DNA of 64,000 bases from Basidiobolus meristosporus CBS 931.73 (taxonomy: Eukaryota; Fungi; Basidiobolomycota), in assembly GCA_002104905.1 (NCBI GenBank), contig MCFE01000197.1, forward strand, positions 1 through 64,000, written 5' to 3'. Position 1 is the first letter of the stretch, and each line of letters begins with the position of its first letter. The notes beneath the pieces are model-generated. The model worked only from the letters and a program-made list of their open reading frames with translations. It was not told where the DNA came from and searched no databases. The translations under genes were made by a program, and so were the position numbers. This document shows positions 27,903-39,618 of this stretch, piece by piece.

Positions 27903-29114
27903 CTAGTTTTGGGCCTGGACCTCCAGTGCTCTAGGCAGCTCGTTCTCAACTCTGTCCTGGCTACCTAATCCGGTTTTGGGTGCATTTGGGTCAACCTCTG
28001 GCAACAACGGCCAGGTTAGAAAATCATTGGTCATGTTCTGCCTGAACGCTTCGTCAACGATGCCCAAACGCTTGCAGTAGTTGGTAACCTTGTTCCAGTC
28101 ACGCTGGACATTCTTCAAATCCTTCGAGAAATAAATGAAGGAACGGTCGAAGATCTTTCTGTTGACCGGTGTGTTCATGGCCGGCTTCAAGTCAACCAAC
28201 AGCTCGTATGACTCTTCTGGCTTGGCCTGGATGAAATCCATGGCTCTCTTGATTGCCTTCATGAACTTTGCAACCTTCTCGGGGTTTTCGTTGATGAATT
28301 TTTCGTTTCCAATGAAGAGAATCTAACGCATTCGTCAGTCAGACATCCCAAATCCACGGCCGGCAAGCACTTACTGAACAGAAGCAGCAGCATCCAAGCT
28401 TGGCAAGCTCATCGATGCGGAGCATTTGAACATCATCTCTGGGACGGCCTTGCTCAACACTCCACTCCTCCAGCTCGACCATCTGAACGTTCTCAATTCC
28501 TATTCCTCCGTCAATCACCCCCTTTTGAATAGCCCTGGTCACATTCATGCCTACTCGAACTGGAGTGTAGTCCTCGGGGGTCATGCCAAAATGACGGGTA
28601 AGCTCATCCAACTGAATCTTACCAAACTCGCCAACATAACCGATTCTCTTTCCACGAAGCGATTGGAAGTCGGTGGTGATCCCGTTGGCCGACTTGAGGT
28701 AAATCACCCCAGTGAATGGTTCCTAGAGTCCGAGAAAAGGTTTAAATCAACCCCCAACCCATCACTTCCCTTCAACAGCATAATTACATCGAGCAAGGTG
28801 CCAATGGACTTGATAGGGAATCCACGGGCTTTCCCAGCAATGGTATGAATCATGGCTTTCAAGCCAAGATCAGCCTTGCCACTGCCAATGATTTCGGTAA
28901 CATCTACAAATCGGGAAAGATTACGCAACTTGTCCAAGAAAAGGCAGTGGGCTTCTGGAACGTTGGAGATGCTTACCAGATGGGTCATTTGGCTCCAAGA
29001 TGGCCACCTTCACTCCCTCATCTGCGAAATAGCCAAGCTTGTGGGCAACAAACAAGGGAGCATGGTAGGGGGTGGCGTGCCAGTTCAATAAGCAGGTGAT
29101 TTTATCGGTAGACA
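27903..29114 (-). CDS. THI5: HMP-P synthase (thiamine pyrimidine synthase) THI5/NMT1
   Basis: [30 protein letters not shown] (PLP Lys and substrate His), [21 protein letters not shown]; three GT-AG introns; TATA-like TATATAAG ~60 nt upstream; TAG at 27905-27903. Confidence 0.96.
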
Positions 29115-29807
29115 TCGTCGGAAACCTAGAATAACAGAAAGTGTTGTTGATGCTCTGCCACCCTCGAGGAAACTCTCTTATATACCCTCCCTCTCGACTT
29201 GACGAGCCTGAACAGTGTTTGGGGTCCAACTTACGCATGCTACACCGTATCGACATAATTATCGACAATCAGGACAATTATTCATAGCATTTGGGTGGCT
29301 TAAGAAAGCCTAAGCCGAATCCCTGCCTTCCTGGTACTACCATGCCCATCGCCACTTTGAGGAGAAATGATCAGCAAAGATGAATTACCTGGATTACCTG
29401 GAAATGTGATTACTACATCCGAGATTGTAAAGCCTATGAAATCCATCAGCATCATTGACACGTGGTCCACTGCTTTCATACTAAGCAACGCGGCACTGAG
29501 ATTTCCAGCAAAGAATTCTTGGCATCATTGTGAAACCTTAATTGAGACCATCCTATAGCAACGTTTGATTTATGTGAGCATATTCCAGCAGCCTACACTG
29601 TCGCCTACCCGCCTACTTAGTCATTGTGTGGAGCGCCAATGACTCAGGTGGTGGAAATGGATATTCCATGCTATTTATTCTATAGGTGGAGGCACCCTCT
29701 CGACAATTGCCTCTGACATATATAAAACAAGCGCCTGCTGATTTCCGCCTCATTTTCGACCTTTGATGGTACGATACAACCCGCCTGCTTCAATCACCCC
29801 TACACAT

Positions 29808-30473
29808 ATGGAAAAGCTGGGTACCGTTAGGTCAGCTAATGCCGATATTCAACAATATGTCACAACCCGACGCATCAGAATTCTCTGTGCTACTCTTATT
29901 AGCGTGCAGATGGTATGCCACCAGATATCTCATTCCGGACAGGATCTTCTAACAACAAGCCTCTAGTTGACTGCTGTGTCGATAGCCATCGCTATGGGGG
30001 TTGCAGCATGTAATATTAGTCATGACCCATACCTACCAGTGGGTGTACAGGTGGACCTCGACAACCTTCGTGATGCGCACTACATGTCATTGGTTGGTTG
30101 CGGATTGGCAGCTATCAACGCGATTACTGGTTTGATTGGAATCCGAAAAGTGAGTGGCACTCCATACTGGCTAATAATGGTGCGCTATACTTAGCATTGA
30201 TTCATTGCAGAGATGCCGCAAACTATTAAACATCTATATGGTGTTTACTATTATTACGACCCTGCTGACGATCGCCACCGGGTGTCTTTACGTAGTGTGG
30301 CGAAGCAGAATTCACGCCCTCATTATGGTTGCTCCAGTAAGTGAGTCTGGAATAGATGATCTACCGTATTGATCTAATCTAGTTTACAGAGCTGCATAGG
30401 TGTGTTGTGTGCTGCATGGACGTATATCCTTCGAATGCGACTCAAGATGACTCGCCATCTCATTGGCGTCTGA
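29808..30473 (+). CDS. Small multi-pass membrane protein of unknown function (about four hydrophobic segments)
   Basis: TATA (tatataaaa ~29720); ATG 29808; short exons joined by GT-AG introns encode hydrophobic stretches (ILCATLISVQM/LTAVSIAIAMGVAA, LVGCGLAAINAITGLIGI, IYMVFTIITTLLTIATGCLYVVW, IGVLCAAWTYIL). Confidence 0.6.
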
Positions 30474-30705
30474 ACCTTAGCGCCTGAGCCTGAGCTTGTC
30501 CCATAAACACTCCATTCTTATACCCATTTCCACTGTACATAATTAGATTTAGTCGATGAATGTTAAATGCTGAATGGTATGGGATATGGGATATGGGATA
30601 TGGGATATGAGCTGATTTCATCTCCTCCCAGAATTATCCTTTTTTGGAGAAGAATTTTGAATAAATTTGCCAACGCTTGTAAACTTCTAACTTCATTCAA
30701 GCATC

Positions 30706-31221
30706 ATGGGAGTTACACGTCAAGTTTTGAAGCGCGGTGCTGGCCTCCTCTTCCCCAAGAAGGTACCCCAGCCCCCCCTTGCGCCTGGCAAGGCTGTACA
30801 GCTAACCCTTTGGCCACTTTAGGGTGATAGAGTCACCATGCACTATATTGGAACAGTAAGTGACAGGAGGGAAAAGCCCAATGGTGGTTGTCTGTTGTGC
30901 TCATAACTTTCTCAGTTGCAGAACGGCAAGAAGTTTGACTCCTCCCGTGACCGCGGCACTCCATTTCCAATGCCGCATTGGCGTTGGCCAAGTTATCCGA
31001 GGCTGGGATGAAGGTAGGTGGAGGTTTGGTTTGTTTGGCGTCGAACAAGGTACCTAAACGACGCACCGTTACATAACGTAGCCGTCCCAGAGATGTCCGT
31101 TGGCGAGGTTGCCAAGCTTACTATGACCAGCGACTTTGCCTATGGTAAGCGCGGGGTTCCAGGAGTTATCCCCGAAGACGCCACTCTGGTTTTCGAGGTC
31201 GAGTTGCTTGCAGTCAATTAG
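30706..31221 (+). CDS. FPR1: FKBP12-type peptidyl-prolyl isomerase
   Basis: [14 protein letters not shown]|[54 protein letters not shown]; three introns. Confidence 0.95.
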
Positions 31222-31670
31222 AAGCGTCAATAAACACAACATATATGCGTGAACAATTTGACTAGAATTTATTTTCCCGCCTCCTCGGAGACGAGAATCA
31301 TGCTGCACTCGAACCATGAAAAGAACATAAAATATACAGGAGATATAACCGATAGAGGGATATAAGGATGAGGGATGGACATGATGGGATAGAATGGTTG
31401 TTTTTTCAGCTGTTTCTTTTCCTGAGGATATTTTGCAGTTTTTTTGCTTTTTTTCTTGGTATATAGTCGAGTTTGCTTCTTTCCAATGCATCTGTTGCGT
31501 AAGTGGACCGAATGATAAGGGCGGTGAATGTCGTTTACGTAAGTTCATGTGATTTCTTCGGTATGACCAGGCAGCGAGGGTAGGTGAGGGGAGGAGATCA
31601 GTACTCACGCCCGACACCTGCGCCCTGCAGCTTCCGGACTAGGCTCATACAGAGGCGGGATACGCCTCGT

Positions 31671-32000
31671 CTAGATGGCCGCAAATTTGCGAAGGAGCGT
31701 CTTGCGGACCACCCGTTCATCCTCCGAAAAATCCAGATAACGCGTCAGCGTTTTCCGAACACGACGTTCACTTCTACCGGACTTTCGATCTCCGTAGTAG
31801 ATTTGTGCGATTTGATAGATTTCTCCCGATTGAAAGCGACGACTCCAATGCTCTTCTGGTATCTCGTGACGACTGTGACTGGTCTCCTCATCATGAAAAT
31901 CCATCATGCCACTGTTGTGGCTGGGGGTATCTGGGTTTCTAGATTGGATCAGAGAGTAGAATTTGTGAGCATCTTGGAGTATGGTTGGTGGAAGGGACAT
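31671..32000 (-). CDS. Putative small intronless orphan protein (109 aa)
   Basis: ATG-started ORF with CTATAAAT ~90 nt upstream; hydrophilic, Arg/Ser/Glu-rich; no family recognised. Confidence 0.35.
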   Translation of the reverse strand: MSLPPTILQDAHKFYSLIQSRNPDTPSHNSGMMDFHDEETSHSRHEIPEEHWSRRFQSGEIYQIAQIYYGDRKSGRSERRVRKTLTRYLDFSEDERVVRKTLLRKFAAI

Positions 32001-32457
32001 CTCTTTGGGGAGTCAAGGGCTGGGGGAGAGAAAAAGATCAGTTTGCGGTACAGAGTACAATTGGTAACGGTGCAGCTGTGCTCATATTTATAGCCACCGC
32101 GAGTCTCTGTTGAGTCAATGAAACAGGTCAAAAATGTCGTACAATCGGGTTGAATCCAAGAAAAATTGCTTCAAACCTACATTGTATCGCGAGAGATTCA
32201 GGATTCGCTGGGAAGATGGTCTAGATGGACTTATTTGATTAAGAAACACGAGTCTCGCTCGACAGGTGAGAACGTCTAGATTGTTTTACATAATGCAACT
32301 TTAATAATGGTCGGTGTAACTGGGGCTTTATTAGCGCTGCCGGTTCTGATTGATTACGACAAATTGACGATGAGAGCATAATTAATTATTCTATGTTCAT
32401 TGCGAGGCGCGTGTAACAATAACACATCAATTATGTAAGAAATATTTGGCTTGCAGC

Positions 32458-34107
32458 CTAACCCGTCACTTTGAGTTTGATGTCCTCCTCTGCGGTGTTT
32501 TGCCGACGATTTTCCGACCTAAACAGGACTAGCCCCAGCAAACACACTAAACTCACCAACGTGGCCGAAAATATCAGCGAATACTTCATGTGATACGGTG
32601 GGTTGCTCTCTGGCCCTGCCCGAAGCGCGTCCATAATAAACATGGTTACAAAGCCAAAGAATTGAGCGCACATCCACAAGATCCCGCTGCTGGTGCCCTC
32701 GTCCACCGGGAATGTCGTTTCAACGCCCAGCTCCAAGCATACCGGGAGCCCTGCGAATGCCAGCATCCCAATGGCTCCGAAATTGACGCAGATCCAGGCG
32801 AAATTATTCTGTCGGACTTTCGCGGGGTTAGAAATGGCCACTGAGATGGCCAGAAATGGAACTTACTTGTAAAGATCAAGGCAATCAAGCTTATCGGCAG
32901 TAAACAAACTAAGAGTCGGAAAACTCGCATAAATTTTTTGGTTTTATCCAGGTAAACGCCACAGATCCCTAAATGCCATGGTTTAGAAAATCCTCCCCTT
33001 TACTGGCCACAGTTGATAGATCCTACCTCCACCAACCAATCCAATGCCGATCAGAGTCACTCCAAATATACTGCCATCGTCATCCGAGTACCCATACGGG
33101 TTGATGAATTCTGATAATAAAGTTACCACATCGTTGAAAATTCCAACCACCGATCCAAATATCAACACCAAAAGCCAGAAATGTGGGAGTCTTGAGCATA
33201 TCTTGAGCCCTGGTATAAACGGCTCCGATACTTTCGAAGCGCTGAGCGATGGCGGAGTCCTGGGTAGCTTGGGTATGATTGAGGCCGGTATGGCCACGAT
33301 TGTAGCGAACAAGGCTGCCGCAAGAAGCTATGTTGGGCGTTATTACTAAAATCGAGGTAGATGCTATTCAAGCCCTCACGTACCGCGTTCGGAAATTCAT
33401 TCGGGGCACTGCACACAGAGGTTGCCAGAACCATGCCAACCGCTGAGCCCAGAGGGTTGGCTGTTTTGTAGAGGTTAGCGATAGACCATACTCATCAACG
33501 TTGCAAGGACACCGTACTCACCTAAAGAAGCTACAGTGTTGGCTAATGCCCGCTCACTATCCGAAAACCATACCGCAGCCATTTTGGTGGGAGCATTGAG
33601 AAGAAAGGTTTGAGCAGCGCCTGCAATTACCTGGTGAATGATCTGCATTAGAGGCGAACTTCTCCTTACGACGGCATACCCGGTACAAACCTGACCCAAG
33701 ATGGCCAGAGCAAGTCTCCCACTACTTTGCTCATCCCCAACAAACGTTCCAAAATATCTTATCCAAGCTCCCGCAATTTGCAAGGCCGCGCCTATCAGCA
33801 AAGCAGGCTTAAGACCTTTCGTGTCGAGCACCCAACTACTCAGGAGAGAAAACAACACGAACATAAGCATATACAGACTACTTAGAAGGTTGATGATGGT
33901 CATGGAGATGTTGTAATAGCTTTGGGCTTGCGATGAAACCGAGGAAAAAGTGACCCATATTACTGAGGCAGCAATATTCAATAAGAAAACGACAAACAGA
34001 ACCAGAAACCGGATTTTGTATACGAGGAAGTTTGTGGTTGAAGGTTCCAGGAAGAAGGAATGCTCTTCGGTAGGAGAAAGTTTAGGATTGTCTACTTCGT
34101 CAGTCAT
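32458..34107 (-). CDS. MFS transporter, FLVCR/SLC49-like
   Basis: FLVYKIRFLVLFVVFLLNIAASVIWVTFSS, AQTFLLNAPTKMAAVWFSDSERALANTVAS, LPVCLELGVETTFPVDEGTSSG; multiple hydrophobic helices; introns. Confidence 0.88.
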
Positions 34108-34962
34108 GTTGAACAGGGATGAGCCAGCACCTTCCACAGAAAATAGAAATTATTCCAGGTTGGAACATAAATGGACGATAGTGGTGTCTAGCCTTATTGG
34201 AAAAATTCGCCATCGTTGAATATTTTTAAAGGAATTCTCCTCGTTTTGCAGGTGTGCTGATTTCGGATGTCCGGTATCTGCGCTGACCCTTCGGAGGAGA
34301 TTTACTCCGCTCCGTCACTCCCTCTGCCAACACTCCTTTCAGACAAGGGCGTGCACCCAAAGTGTAGATGCTTTAATTCAAACAAATCACGTGCATAGAG
34401 GCATCTTCCGATTGAGGTAGCTGGACATGGTGCATGGGCTGACATCAAGGCCGACATCAAGATTGCCATGACAGCTTCAAAAGCAACTTTTGTTTGCCAC
34501 TCCATACGCTGTATTTCCAGGCGCTAATTTCCAGCCGCATTATATGGCCAATTTCAAAAGCCCAATCAGTACCTTGTGGCCATCCCCAAAAAGATACCAA
34601 TAATACTATGGCCAATGAGGTGTCCTTACTGGGACACTAATATATTTCTTCAAGTATCGTTTAAACTTTTCCTATTAATTAAGCGAATTTGGTGGGGAAC
34701 GCAATGGAAATTCCCTACTTCACCAGCCTCCCTTTTGCATTCAGCTCTCCCTGGCCACTCTCCTCCCTGTCCTCCCCTCAACTCCCCATTGCCCCCGTCC
34801 ATCTTTGGTCTTAATCACTTATAATTTTCTTTTTCCCTTTGGTTTCTTTGCCTCCATAGAACTTGTGTCCTCCTCTTCCTTGCTACCCTCTATTTCCTTT
34901 CTCTCTGTGTTTCAAAGGCCTCCCTTCCAACCTCCACCACACCTTAGTTGTAAACGAAAAAG

Positions 34963-36450
34963 ATGGGCTTTCTATTTTCTTCGTTGAGAGGGGCTAGCAA
35001 TAGCACCACCACAAGCCCCAGCACTTGCAACACTGAGAGCATACCAGAGTTCTATATAAATTTCGAAAGTTTGTGTCTCTCGATATGCCACTTCCATCCT
35101 CCTACCATCAAGTCTAACGGCTGAATCCATCGTTTTGTCTTTAGACCCTGTTCCATCTTCAGATGAAGCACAAACATACGAGCGTGTCCTGAAAATGCTT
35201 CAACCAACCTCTTCCATTATCGCTTCTCTTCGACAGTATAAGGGTTGTGCCGATGTTATCCGACAGGTATGTGCCGGAAGTCTAGCAGTCGGCTGGTTGG
35301 TGGCGTTGCCTTAACACACCACCTCATCTTCGTAGGCTATATCGACCCCGAACGCAGATACGGAACAAGCAGCCTGGAAGGAACTGACACCCGCAGTCGC
35401 CGATCTCAAGCGCTTCTATGAGTTTGCTTCCGTACTAGGTAAAGATTACCTGGCTACAACATCCGGTCAATATGAGTACTAACGACAGCTTGCCTCCGCA
35501 TTTAGAGACGGTAGTTCCTGAGCTTCTGCATCCACTATGCCAAGGCAATGCCAACCAGAATATTGAAAAGCATCAAGCGTTGGCGAAACTCTTCGCAGAC
35601 ATACTTGATTTCGTCTTCGAGTTTGACGAGTTGAAGGCAAGTAACGGTGCCCTTCATGCGCAAGCCACCCGATCGAAGCTAACCCAACTCGTGTAGATGG
35701 CCAACCCTGCCATTCAGAACGATTTCTCATACTATCGCCGTTCATTGAGTCGTTTGAAGATGACCAACTCGGTAGGTTTGCTCCGTACAGGTTTACAGGC
35801 TTCCATGCTAACTGGCACCCTCCTCCCAGACACAAGCAAGCGAATCGGTGGTGCAGGATGAACTTGCAAATAGAATGTCATTATTCTACGCCTATCACAC
35901 CCCAATGTTGAAGACGGTAATTGACTCGGTAACCGAATTCGTCAACAAGGTTGGTGGTTTTCATACTCTGGTCAACAAGCAGCGGGATACTAAGTTCCAT
36001 ACAAATAGCAAAGCGAGGGCAGAAATGTTGCTGAATGCTTATCCGCAATCACTCTTGCCTGTTACAATGTGGTTACCAAGCAGGGGTAAGTGGGCGAATT
36101 TGTGGTATGTTGCTGGGGCCAATTACTCATTGCTTCATTAGAGCGAAAACTTCCGAGTTCAACGATTTCTGTCAGAGAGTGATGGTTGCATGCACCGTCC
36201 TATACGACCACATCAATCCAAACGGAGTGTTCAGTAGAGGCAGCACCATCAACGTAAGCTGGAAGACCATGCTCACCTCCCTGGATTTCGACTCACCATT
36301 GGCGTTCTTTAGGTTCGTAATGTCATCAAAGCAGTCCAGACGCAAGGTGCCCGTTGCAAAGACACCCTTCTTTGCGCATTGCGTTTCAACAGCAAGCATC
36401 TCAACGACGAGGATACACCCAAACAGATCAAAGCTATGCTCAACGAGTAA
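34963..36450 (+). CDS. CYRI/FAM49 (CYFIP-related Rac1 interactor, DUF1394)
   Basis: Starts MG (possible myristoylation); [22 protein letters not shown]|[15 protein letters not shown]; [17 protein letters not shown]; [19 protein letters not shown]; [22 protein letters not shown]. Confidence 0.9.
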
Positions 36451-37003
36451 GAGCCCCCTCAGCGCGCGGTCAATACGCAAAGACATTCCAATGGCTACTT
36501 TATTTCCGTTCAATCTTGGCATTTTAATATTTTTTTGATATATCTTTTTATGCATCCGTTCGACTGGAATATCCCCCCTTTAATTGCTTAAACATCTCAT
36601 TCTAATCTTTAATTGGCCAGAAGCGAACATCCTGGTGATGATATACTGGCTTGTTTGATGTGTTGTTGCGTGTTCCTTGACCCCGCCCTATTGGTTTGTC
36701 CTTGGCCTTCGTTGTAACTTCATGAATTGTAGCGTGATGCCTGCTCTCATGATGTTTTCGTTGCTTTCCTTATTACAACTTATCTGTTATTAATTCATGT
36801 ACTTTGCCCATTTCAATACCTATACCATCCAATGAAATCCGTGTATCCCGTCAAATCTCGACAATTCAAAGGTGGAGTGGTGGGTGGGAAAAAAATTGCC
36901 GAGGGTAAAGCAGTCAAAATTTTGGCTCCTGCGGTCCAGACCTTCCATCGGGAGATGATTTCAGTCGAGAAATTTTGCGCGGGTTCCCTTCGTCTATTCT
37001 ATC

Positions 37004-38405
37004 ATGTCCTTTTGCAGAGGTGTGGTACAAAGCTGGGGTAAAGCTAGCAAGAGAGGTTTCTCGACTTTGCTTGGCGCCACCCGTGCCGCCCCCGTTGTGT
37101 ATTACGCTTCGCGAAATGTCCCGAACCTCTTGTCCCGAGAGACGCGCCACTTCACTCCAGGTCTGGTGGGCTGCTTCCGCAATTTCTCCCTCTCCACCCC
37201 AAATCAAAAAGCCCGACAGCCCCCTCCGGATGAGTCGGGCTGGAGCTGGAAGACCATCTCTTTCTACCAGTTCGTCCCGTTGGAGGAGAACTCTCTCACC
37301 AGTCTGAGATTGCGTTTGTTGAAAGACCTCGAAGCCATCAACGTGGTGGGGAGAATATACGTTGCTACCGAAGGTATCAATGCTCAAGTATCTTGTCCTG
37401 AGCACCAACTCGAGGCATTGAGAGAGTACATAGATAGCCTGCCCTACTTCAGTGATATTGTGTTCAACTTTTCCACCCTTCACGTCAAGGCGTTCAAGAA
37501 GCTCCATGTCCGTGTTCGCCACCAGGTACACGCACTCTATTTTATCCATTCGCCAGGCCCAGCCTGATTTAACAGTCAGCGTAGATTGTAGCAGACGGTC
37601 TCGATCCATCCACATACGATCTGAAGAAACAGCCGAATTATTTGAGTCCCGAGGAGTGGCATGATGCATTGAGCAATAACGAAAACCCCCCGCTTTTGAT
37701 CGACATGAGGAATAATTATGAAGCGTAGGGGTCTTCAAGCGTATCGGCTTCCATCGCGTCGCATTCTAATCCCTTCCATGCACCAACAGGGAGATAGGCA
37801 AATTCGTCAATTCCATCTGTCCTGACGTGGATACTTTCCGGGATGAAATCAAGGTGATGAGAGAGCTTTGCGAGGGCAAGGAGAACGAGCCTATCTATAT
37901 GTACTGCACCGGCGGGATTAGATGCTCCAAGGCCGGAGCGATCCTCGCCAGCGATGGCTTCAAGAATGTCAACATGGTAAGAGCAGCCCCGTCACTTCTT
38001 TCCAGGGCGACGTTTGGTAATCGTTTATTGTAGCTCAGAGGAGGGGTCACTGCCTATGGCCGATACATCCGGGAGACCCAGAGACCTTCGATCTTCATCG
38101 GAAAAAACTTCACTTTCGACAAAAGACTCGGCGAACCGATCACGGACGATGTTATCGGACATTGCCATCAATGCGACTCTCCAGCCGACTCATTCACCAA
38201 TTGCCAAAACACAATCTGTAATCTGCTCTTTATACAATGCCCCAGCTGCAAAGCCAAATACAAGCACACCTGCGGATCCCATCATTGTATCGAGAGCGTT
38301 GATACCGGTGAAGCTAGAACAAATCCCAGGAAGCAAGCCACCATGCTTAACCACACGCAGAGAGTTAGCGGCAAAAAGTACATCTCTCAGCTGAACCTTT
38401 CCTGA
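37004..38405 (+). CDS. TrhO/UPF0176 (TSTD2-like) rhodanese-domain protein, probable organellar presequence
   Basis: ISFYQF, GRIYVATEGINAQ, LIDMRNNYE, YCTGGIRCSKA, LRGGVTAY, GKNFTFDKR, C-terminal Cys cluster (CHQC..NCQNTICNLLFIQCPSC). Confidence 0.87.
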
Positions 38406-39618
38406 TACCCTAGTGTAATTTTATGTTTATCAATAAACCCCGCGGTCACATGACCGACCGTTGGCTAAAGCATCTCCAAACTTGCTCACAGGTTTGTTTA
38501 GAGAAATGAGTGACGTTGATTCGGAAAGCTTTGCTCTTGAGCAGGTTTGTATTTTGTGAACACCGCTGCCCAAGGAGGTGAGGCTAAGCGTTTTTCTTAT
38601 TAGAGATTGAAAGCCGCCATTTGGTATTCTGTCAACCAGATATGTAAAGAGGAGGGTAAAAGTGACTTGACTAGTTAGCCCGTGATATCCTATTCTCAAG
38701 CAACCTCTTTTCCAACAGAGAATTCGCTCGGTATCGACATCAGCCCTCCATTCATTGCTGCCCTAACCGAAATGGTATACAAGCAAACCGGTACAGATCA
38801 GACACGTTCGCTTTCTGCCCTTTCAGATTCTGACTTCCTTTGCTTCCAGAGACGGTTGGCATGGATCTGGAAATGTTTGCCAAGTTTGTGTCTTCTTAGT
38901 ATTTTTTGGGCCAAGTGGTTCGTTGGAGTGCTTATCTTGCGATGAACAGACACGCCAAACGCTCAGTTATCACACAAGACGATGTAAAGGTAAATTGTTT
39001 CACGCAATAATAGTCTATTCGCTCGAAATCTTTTTGTTTACCCGAGGAATCTACTCCAGCTATGCGCAAGGCGGAACGAAAGTCTGGTGGGTACTGCTTA
39101 CCAGGATCGTTGTCAAACCCCCCTTTCTTACCGAGCAGTTCCTTTGTTTAGCATGAATTACTTTGTGATGCCGCAGAGCGAATCAATGAGAAGTCAGCAA
39201 AAACTGTGCGCAAGCGTAAAAAATGAGCTCACAGGGGAGTTGCTTGGGTTGTGGACAGTTTCCAATAAAATTCAATTGTTCCTGGTGTGGTTTTTAATTC
39301 TCCTTCACTTTAGCATCACTTTTGTGCGAAATAACGTCCACCTCTATTGCATTCCAACCCCCCCCCCCCCACATATTTCTGTGGACGATGGTTGAATGCG
39401 TTATCCCTTTATGAAATAGCATTGAATAGTGAATGATTTATGCAATCAAGTGGATCTGTCTTCAGCGAGCAACTGCCTAATTTAAGTGGCAATCTATTCC
39501 ACAGACCAATCAATTCATAAATTAGAGCAGTGAAGTAAGCTGTGATTTATTCAAAGAATAGTTGAAACCAGTCAACTAAGCAGACGTTTGGACGACAAGT
39601 CCAATTTCGGTTGACATA

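Noticed and set aside
29115-29700. Second TPP aptamer in the THI5 5' region
   Set aside because: No CTGAGA plus GAACCTGA core on the sense strand; the TATA box is only ~60 nt from the ATG.
30578-30605. (TATGGGA)x4 tandem repeat
   Set aside because: Short intergenic microsatellite with no supporting context.
36914-37738. 274-aa minus-strand ORF
   Set aside because: Antisense to the rhodanese gene, crosses its introns, no motifs.
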